Below are positions 1 through 4,633 of a DNA stretch of 20,000 bases, in pieces. The translations under genes and the position numbers were made by a program. The stretch is from an uncultured virus (IMG/VR IMGVR_UViG_3300005512_000013) (lineage: Duplodnaviria > Heunggongvirae > Uroviricota > Caudoviricetes): the IMG/VR virus record IMGVR_UViG_3300005512_000013. One strand, 5' to 3'. The number at the start of each line of letters is the position of its first letter. Position 1 is the stretch's first letter. A model generated the notes under the pieces. It made no database searches. It was not told the origin of the DNA and saw only the letters and a list, made by a program, of their open reading frames with translations.

Positions 1-87
1 GGGCAGGTACTTGTAGGCGTTGGTCTTCTTGAGGACGGTGTACTGGGCAGCGTTGATGTCTTGTCCGTTGACGTTGTAGTAGTTCAT
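1..87 (-). CDS. Early hypothetical protein (partial, runs off left edge): MNYYNVNGQDINAAQYTVLKKTNAYKYLP...
   Basis: ATG at 87 preceded by TAAGGAACAC and the conserved repeat at 99-125; frame is open to position 1. Confidence 0.8.
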   Translation of the reverse strand, partial: MNYYNVNGQDINAAQYTVLKKTNAYKYLP

Positions 88-98
88 GTGTTCCTTAT

Positions 99-125
99 CG
101 TGATAGTGAATGTGAACTGTCCCCC
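99..125 (-). repeat. Early-region intergenic repeat, copy 1 (GGGGGACAGTTCACATTCACTATCACG)
   Basis: 27-nt near-identical copies at 99-125, 2340-2366, 3022-3048 and 3431-3457, each just upstream of an RBS/ATG. Confidence 0.95.
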
Positions 126-130
126 GGTAG

Positions 131-166
131 CGGCCGAGGGCTCCCTGTGTAGAGAGCCCCCGACCG
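131..166 (-). promoter_or_regulatory. 16-bp RNA hairpin upstream of repeat copy 1
   Basis: - strand CGGTCGGGGGCTCTCT-ACAC-AGGGAGCCCTCGGCCG pairs fully with 3 G.U pairs; no U-tract follows. Confidence 0.8.
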
Positions 167-181
167 AGCGCTGCCTTCGGA

Positions 182-646
182 TCAGTCCTCCTGCAGGTTG
201 CGGTTCTTCCGTATTGCTACAGCGAGTTGCTTTGCAGTGAATGTGAAGCCTCTACGTCTGGCTTCTTCGAGCGTTTCTTTGTAGTTGTCGTCCTTGCCTT
301 GGAGCAGCGTTGCCATGACTGAGGCGTCCGTTGCGTTTTGAGGCTGGTATGCCTTCTTGGGAGCCTTGGGCATGTTTGCCTTGGCTTCAGGCGTGGGTTC
401 GTACATGTCCACGGTGAAATCAAGGGGGTACTCGGTGAGTTCGGTCTCGTTGAGTACGCTGTTCGCACATGCTTGTCGGACGGGGCAGGCGATCTTACTC
501 GCGAAGCCCTTTAGGTTGTTGACTGGAAGCGCCGTGTAGTTGTCGAGGATGTCCTTGACGGTGAGTTGATAGTGATACTTGTAGGGCGTGGCGCTGATGA
601 TGGGGAATTGCTTTCCTCCCCAGGTGCAGTGAGTCTTGTTATTCAT
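182..646 (-). CDS. Early hypothetical protein, 154 aa
   Basis: ORF track; ATG 2 nt after the previous stop, GAAGGGA upstream; no recognised motif. Confidence 0.85.
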   Translation of the reverse strand: MNNKTHCTWGGKQFPIISATPYKYHYQLTVKDILDNYTALPVNNLKGFASKIACPVRQACANSVLNETELTEYPLDFTVDMYEPTPEAKANMPKAPKKAYQPQNATDASVMATLLQGKDDNYKETLEEARRRGFTFTAKQLAVAIRKNRNLQED

Positions 647-648
647 GT

Positions 649-918
649 TCAGAGTCCCTTCGGTCGGATGACGCGGTCGGTGACGTGGACGGTGTTGTCG
701 GGCCCCGGCACGGTGCTGAGGTCCGGCTTGGGTCCTGCCGTCTGGGGCAGGTGCTCTCCGATTGGAGTCCAGATGTAGATGCCGCCTACTCCGGTCTTGC
801 CTCCGTGTTGGGTGCAGCCTCCGAGTGAGAGTGCAAACAGGAGTGCAAGCCCTGCGAGGATGCCCACTGTGGTGTGGTGGGTCAGGATGTAGATGAAGTT
901 GTTGGTGTGTCGATTCAT
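649..918 (-). CDS. Putative lipoprotein, 89 aa (start MNRHTNN)
   Basis: Start moved to ATG 918 (AAGGA RBS after the CACTATCAC motif); hydrophobic stretch ending in lipobox-like LSLGG-C. Confidence 0.7.
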   Translation of the reverse strand: MNRHTNNFIYILTHHTTVGILAGLALLFALSLGGCTQHGGKTGVGGIYIWTPIGEHLPQTAGPKPDLSTVPGPDNTVHVTDRVIRPKGL

Positions 919-924
919 GGAGTG

Positions 925-944
925 ATTCCTTGTGTGATAGTGAT
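925..944 (-). repeat. Short form of intergenic repeat (ATCACTATCACACAAGGAAT)
   Basis: 20-nt identical copies at 925-944 and 1665-1684, between a stop codon and the next RBS. Confidence 0.9.
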
Positions 945-1384
945 CAGATGATGCGGAGGTTGAGGTCACCCTGATCCCTGAGGATCCTGATTCCCTCGGT
1001 GAGCAGGCGCTGCCCGTATCCGATCTGCTGAGTGGGCAGATCAGTCAGGACCGCGTTGATTGCCAGCAGCATGCTACTGACGGTTACGTTGGTGTGCTCG
1101 TGCCAGAATGTGGCCCAGTCGGTGACAGCCTGAGCGGCTTCGACTGCATCGCGGGTAGCCTGGTGGGCCCGCTCGTCCTTCCAGCGTCCGTAACTGTCGT
1201 CGTACTCGTCGTCGCCCTGTTCGGCGTCGGCTCGGCAGCGGTCCATGTACTTTTCGCACTCGTCAGCGTTGTTCTCGAGGAGAGTGGCGACTGCCATGGT
1301 GAAGTGGGACAGGTTGGTGGAGGTGGCGTTCAGAATGCTCACGTTGAGCCCGCTTTGGTCGAGGTAGCAGATGTCCATGGTCAT
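944..1384 (-). CDS. Early hypothetical protein, 146 aa (start MTMDICY)
   Basis: Start moved to ATG 1384 (GAAGGGAA RBS right after the upstream TGA); acidic centre AEQGDDEYDDSY. Confidence 0.8.
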   Translation of the reverse strand: MTMDICYLDQSGLNVSILNATSTNLSHFTMAVATLLENNADECEKYMDRCRADAEQGDDEYDDSYGRWKDERAHQATRDAVEAAQAVTDWATFWHEHTNVTVSSMLLAINAVLTDLPTQQIGYGQRLLTEGIRILRDQGDLNLRII

Positions 1385-1397
1385 GATTCGGTTCCCT

Positions 1398-1658
1398 TCA
1401 GGGTGTGGTTGTGATTGCGAAGATTCCTGCCCATCCGATTGCGAATGTGAGGATATCTTGTGGTGTGAGTTTGTCCCCGTTGTCGTGTACCCATCCAAGT
1501 GCTCTGGCTATGATGCCAATCAGGGCGGGTACACCGAGGAAGCATACGGCGGGCCAGCAGATGCCAAACCAGATTGCTCCTTCTTTGGAGGAGGTGGTTT
1601 GTATAAGTGTGGCCGCTATTGTAACTACAATGAAGAGCATCATAGCGTCCATGGTCAT
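1398..1658 (-). CDS. Small membrane protein, 86 aa (start MTMDAMML)
   Basis: ATG 1658 follows the AAGGA RBS and short repeat; about 3 hydrophobic segments. Confidence 0.8.
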   Translation of the reverse strand: MTMDAMMLFIVVTIAATLIQTTSSKEGAIWFGICWPAVCFLGVPALIGIIARALGWVHDNGDKLTPQDILTFAIGWAGIFAITTTP

Positions 1659-1664
1659 GGTTCT

Positions 1665-1684
1665 ATTCCTTGTGTGATAGTGAT
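1665..1684 (-). repeat. Short form of intergenic repeat (ATCACTATCACACAAGGAAT)
   Basis: Identical to 925-944. Confidence 0.9.
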
Positions 1685-1944
1685 TAGTCTTCTTCGACGT
1701 GACGAAGGGTGGAGATTTGGAGGTTGGTGAGTTCCTCAAGGTAGCCCTTGAGTTCTTCGATGCGTTCTTCTTCTCGTTCGATGTACTTGACCAGTTCGTC
1801 CTGCGTGATTTCCCAGTTCGCTGAGTACGCTTCGGGGTCGTTGGTGTAGTACTCACTGCAGCAGCCGCAGGAGGCCGTGCTGATGCTGAGGTGTCCGCGG
1901 TGGACGCTTGCTCGGTCGATGGTTTCGTCGGTGAGGTGTCTCAT
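1684..1944 (-). CDS. Early hypothetical protein, 86 aa (start MRHLTDE)
   Basis: ATG 1944 with AAGGGAA RBS; contains SCGCCS and an acidic coiled-coil-like C-terminal half. Confidence 0.8.
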   Translation of the reverse strand: MRHLTDETIDRASVHRGHLSISTASCGCCSEYYTNDPEAYSANWEITQDELVKYIEREEERIEELKGYLEELTNLQISTLRHVEED

Positions 1945-1954
1945 GCGTTCCCTT

Positions 1955-2209
1955 TCAGGAATTGGGGTTGCTGATGAGGTGGATGATGGTTTGCACAATC
2001 TTCTCTTCTTGGGAGAAGTCCATGTTTGCCATTTCGTAGTCCTCAATGAGTTCGATGATGGGGCAAGCCCTCTGGCAAGCCTTGAGGATCAGGTGAGCGG
2101 GCAGGTTCGCGTAGTTCTTCTTAGCGCTGCCCCAGAGGTTGTGCAGGAGGTCGTGGGCGGTGCTGCCCGGAACCAGGTGTTCTGCGGTTCGTTCGATGTA
2201 TGCGTTCAT
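1955..2209 (-). CDS. Early hypothetical protein, 84 aa
   Basis: ORF track; AAGGAACACCAA RBS; ATGA overlap with the upstream ORF. Confidence 0.8.
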   Translation of the reverse strand: MNAYIERTAEHLVPGSTAHDLLHNLWGSAKKNYANLPAHLILKACQRACPIIELIEDYEMANMDFSQEEKIVQTIIHLISNPNS

Positions 2210-2331
2210 TTGGTGTTCCTTGACTTGAGTGTGAGTTTGATGGAGTCTCGTGTCTCTCCGTAGATACAGAGTACTCCTTGGATAATTGAATATCCGAAAA
2301 TGCAGAGGAAAAGCGTGAGTGCTGTCGTCAT
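2206..2331 (-). CDS. Small hydrophobic protein, 41 aa (MTTALTLFLCIFGYSIIQGVLCIYGETRDSIKLTLKSRNTK)
   Basis: Translated by hand; first ATG after repeat copy 2; stop overlaps the next start (ATGA); weak RBS (GAGAA). Confidence 0.65.
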   Translation of the reverse strand: MTTALTLFLCIFGYSIIQGVLCIYGETRDSIKLTLKSRNTK

Positions 2332-2339
2332 GGGGTTCT

Positions 2340-2396
2340 CGTGATAGTGAATATGAACTGTCCCCCGGAAGCAGGCGCAGGTGCGCCCGCCGCCGG
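2340..2396 (-). repeat. Intergenic repeat copy 2 (2340-2366) plus upstream hairpin (2365-2396)
   Basis: CCGG-CG-GCGGGCGC-ACCT-GCGCCTGC-TT-CCGG running into GGGACAGTTCATATTCACTATCACG. Confidence 0.9.
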
Positions 2397-2400
2397 TGGC

Positions 2401-2631
2401 TCAGATGTCGGTCCAGTCTTCTTCTTCGTCATCTTCGTCCGAGCAGTCCTCGTCGAGTGCGTCCATCGTAGCGATGGTTTCTTCGAGGCTATCAAGCAGC
2501 GGCTGTGCTGCTTCCATGATTGGACTGAGCAGGGTGTGCTCTTCGTCGGTGAGCTGGTCCTGCTTGTTCTCGAGGGTGTGGATGAGCAGGGTGAGTTCGG
2601 CGATCTGGTCAGTGGTGTACGTGCTTTGCAT
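2401..2631 (-). CDS. Highly acidic early protein, 76 aa (candidate DNA mimic)
   Basis: AAGGGAA RBS; 24 Asp/Glu against 1 Lys and 0 Arg by hand count. Confidence 0.8.
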   Translation of the reverse strand: MQSTYTTDQIAELTLLIHTLENKQDQLTDEEHTLLSPIMEAAQPLLDSLEETIATMDALDEDCSDEDDEEEDWTDI

Positions 2632-2771
2632 GGGATCGTTCCCTTGTGTTGGATGTGAGGTATAGTGCCGCGAGGTACAGCACTGCGTACTTGATGATGT
2701 GTGCTTCGATCATGGGTTCTCTCAGCAGAGTCCGATGAAGAGGAGCAGGGCGTACTTCCAGGTTTGCTTGT

Positions 2772-2891
2772 TCATCTGTATTGCTCCGTCCAGTGCTTGC
2801 CGTTCGGTTGTGGCTTAGCGGGTGTGTTGAGTGCCTTCAAGACGATCTTGATGACTACGATGAGTGCGATGGTAGCGATTGCTGCGAGCAT
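2772..2891 (-). CDS. Small membrane peptide, 39 aa (MLAAIATIALIVVIKIVLKALNTPAKPQPNGKHWTEQYR)
   Basis: Translated by hand; GAAGGGAA RBS; N-terminal TM-like segment. Confidence 0.6.
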   Translation of the reverse strand: MLAAIATIALIVVIKIVLKALNTPAKPQPNGKHWTEQYR

Positions 2892-2894
2892 TGG

Positions 2895-3005
2895 TCAGTT
2901 CCCTTCGATCAGGCGTGTGACTGCCGCGATGCCGGTCCCGAGTGCGAGGCCAGTGAATACGACAGTGAATACTTGGTAGAGTCTGAATTCGATTTCTTCT
3001 CGCAT
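2895..3005 (-). CDS. Small membrane peptide, 36 aa (MREEIEFRLYQVFTVVFTGLALGTGIAAVTRLIEGN)
   Basis: Translated by hand; GAGGA RBS immediately after repeat copy 3. Confidence 0.65.
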   Translation of the reverse strand: MREEIEFRLYQVFTVVFTGLALGTGIAAVTRLIEGN

Positions 3006-3021
3006 GGTGTTGTGTCCTCTG

Positions 3022-3095
3022 CGTGATAGTGAATATGAACTGTCCCCCACATGAGGAGCGAGGGCAGCCCTGCGGCTACCTTCGCTCCTCCGTGG
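3022..3095 (-). repeat. Intergenic repeat copy 3 (3022-3048) plus upstream hairpin (3047-3095)
   Basis: CCACG-GAGGAGCGAAGGTAGCC-GCAG-GGCTGCCCTCGCTCCTC-ATGTGG running into the repeat. Confidence 0.9.
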
Positions 3096-3096
3096 T

Positions 3097-3153
3097 TCAC
3101 TGTGCGGCCGCTCGTGCAGCCTCGATCCGTTCGATTGCTTCTTCGAGTGTCAT
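3097..3153 (-). CDS. Possible 18-aa peptide (MTLEEAIERIEAARAAAQ)
   Basis: GAAGGGAA RBS after the upstream TGA; fills the gap before the hairpin exactly. Confidence 0.45.
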   Translation of the reverse strand: MTLEEAIERIEAARAAAQ

Positions 3154-3165
3154 CGGGTGTTCCCT

Positions 3166-3408
3166 TCAGGAGAGTGTGCTGAGCAGTTCGACGTCGTTGT
3201 AGCCCGGTTCGCTGCAGACGTCGAGGTGCTGCAGGTTGCCGCTCATGTCCCGTGCGAGGACGGTCCACTGGGCCCCGTCGATTGCTTCATTGCAGGTGAG
3301 CACGGTCACGAGACGGCCAGCCTCGTGCGTGTCGAGCACGTGCTGGACGTGGGCGGTGTCGGCGAGGTCCGGGTTCGTGTTGGGTTCGAATTCGTTTGCG
3401 AGGTTCAT
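3166..3408 (-). CDS. Early hypothetical protein, 80 aa (start MNLANEF)
   Basis: Start moved to ATG 3408 (AAGGA RBS after repeat copy 4). Confidence 0.8.
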   Translation of the reverse strand: MNLANEFEPNTNPDLADTAHVQHVLDTHEAGRLVTVLTCNEAIDGAQWTVLARDMSGNLQHLDVCSEPGYNDVELLSTLS

Positions 3409-3430
3409 GGGTGATTCCTTTGGATTGAGT

Positions 3431-3493
3431 CGTGATAGTGATTGTGAACTGTCCCCCACTTTGGGGGCAGCCCTGCGGCCGCCCCCTCCGTGG
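3431..3493 (-). repeat. Intergenic repeat copy 4 (3431-3457) plus upstream hairpin (3456-3493)
   Basis: CCAC-GGA-GGGGGCGGCC-GCAG-GGCTGCCCCC-AAA-GTGG running into GGGACAGTTCACAATCACTATCACG. Confidence 0.9.
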
Positions 3494-3498
3494 TCCCC

Positions 3499-3765
3499 TC
3501 AGGCGCGCACCTGTTCGGTGCCGCCCTTGGGGTAGAACGTGACCTCGAAGCGCCGGCCGATCTTCGCTGCGTGCTGCCGCGCGAAGGTTTCGGCTTCCTC
3601 TCGGGTCATGTTCTCTCGGGCCATCCAGTTGACGGCTCCGGTTTCGAGGTTCCGGATGCCGAACATGACGGTCGCCTCGAGGACCTCTTCCGCCGGTGCC
3701 GCCTTCATGGCAGCGAGTTCGGCTTCGAGTTCGTTGACGCGGTCCTGCAGTTCTGCCTTAAGCAT
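3499..3765 (-). CDS. First early gene, 88-aa hypothetical with N-terminal coiled coil
   Basis: GAAAGGAACACC-ATG; LKAELQDRVNELEAELAAM heptad pattern. Confidence 0.85.
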   Translation of the reverse strand: MLKAELQDRVNELEAELAAMKAAPAEEVLEATVMFGIRNLETGAVNWMARENMTREEAETFARQHAAKIGRRFEVTFYPKGGTEQVRA

Positions 3766-3813
3766 GGTGTTCCTTTCGGTTGAAGTGTTGAAGCGGAGGG
3801 TTCCTGCCCCCCA

Positions 3814-3931
3814 GCCGCCAATGCAGTTAGCCGAGCTTGCGAGGCTTGCCGCCTTGCCGCCTTGGCTATCGAGTGCAGCTCTGCTATCGTGCAGCTGCTG
3901 CCGCCAATGCAGCCCGCCGAGCTTGCGAGGC
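3814..3931. repeat. 32-bp direct repeat pair in the early leader
   Basis: gccgccaatgcag-NNN-gccgagcttgcgaggc at 3814-3845 and 3900-3931 (29/32 identical). Confidence 0.9.
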
Positions 3932-4062
3932 CGGTGGCTGAGTGGGCTGCCTCGGCCATCGACTCATTGAGCGAAAGAAGCAGGTAACCACACGTCTACA
4001 CCTTAGCCACCAGCAGTACATTAGACGAGAGGCAGCCCGCGAAGGCAGCGATGCAGCGGCGA

Positions 4063-4088
4063 TGTTGGTGGCAAAGGGGCGAAGCCCC
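4063..4088 (-). promoter_or_regulatory. Putative N4-type virion-RNAP hairpin promoter (proximal)
   Basis: Template (+) strand TGTTGGTGGC-AAA-GGGGC-GAA-GCCCC; 5-bp stem with a GC-GAA-GC minihairpin core. Confidence 0.7.
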
Positions 4089-4130
4089 GCTTGGGTGTGT
4101 GCGACCGACGAGTCCGCGAGGAGGGAGCTG

Positions 4131-4156
4131 TGTTGGTGGCCGAGAGGCGAAGCCTC
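4131..4156 (-). promoter_or_regulatory. Putative N4-type virion-RNAP hairpin promoter (distal)
   Basis: Template (+) strand TGTTGGTGGC-CGA-GAGGC-GAA-GCCTC; same geometry with a compensatory stem change. Confidence 0.7.
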
Positions 4157-4159
4157 GAG

Positions 4160-4580
4160 GTTCTTGAAGAGGGGGGTTATGGGGGGAAACTAAAAAGATT
4201 AAAAGAGAAGATAGCCGCCTGTGTATTCCCAGGGGGTAAGTCGATTTCCCCGATCCCGAGTCGAAGGCGCAGCAGCTCCACTGATGTAGCAACTACCACT
4301 GGTAAGCCACTGATAGACTGCTATGAGCTCTGGGTTGGTAGCTAAGGGGATACTGAGACGGAAGCTAAGCAGTCTAGGTAGCTCCTTAGACACCAACTAT
4401 ATTATGTATTACTAATATACTTCTTAGTATATACTACTAAGCCATACAACCTTTACGGCATCAAAAACCCACTCTACACTCTTCCCATCCAGCGCCTGCC
4501 AACGTGGCAGTGACACGCAGACGGAAGCTAAGAGGCTTAGGGTGTTATCGTATAAATATTATAATAAGTCCCCCTAAGTC
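4160..4580. other. Non-coding late/early junction, probable genome-terminus or origin region
   Basis: No credible ORF; G6-TTAT-G6 run, AT-rich tract with a 12-bp palindrome, CTAAG-type short repeats. Confidence 0.45.
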
Positions 4581-4620
4581 GGGGCGGCCCAGCCGGCATT
4601 GCTGCCAACCAGACCGCCCC
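4581..4620 (-). terminator. 18-bp GNRA-capped hairpin after the giant gene (terminator or processing site)
   Basis: GGGGCGGTCTGGTTGGCA-GCAA-TGCCGGCTGGGCCGCCCC, 13 nt after the stop; 5 G.U pairs fix it to the - strand RNA; no immediate U-tract. Confidence 0.55.
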
Positions 4621-4633
4621 CACAAGGAGAGTA

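Noticed and set aside
501..507. A further GCGAAGC minihairpin core
   Set aside because: It is inside a CDS, the stem does not extend beyond 2 bp and there is no TGTTGGTGGC flank.
567..576. ATCACTATCA match within the 182-646 gene
   Set aside because: It encodes Tyr-His-Tyr-Gln and is not followed by an RBS/ATG; probably chance.
99..3457. CRISPR array interpretation of the 27-nt repeats
   Set aside because: Spacing is 400-2200 bp and irregular, the intervals contain genes, and no cas genes are present.
649..3459. Longest-ORF starts in the track (969, 1498, 1856, 2046, 3459)
   Set aside because: They overlap upstream genes or repeats; downstream ATGs at 918, 1384, 1658, 1944 and 3408 have clear RBSs.
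4558..4565. TATAAT on both strands as a sigma70 promoter
   Set aside because: No matching -35 element at a plausible spacing; it sits in an AT-rich patch.
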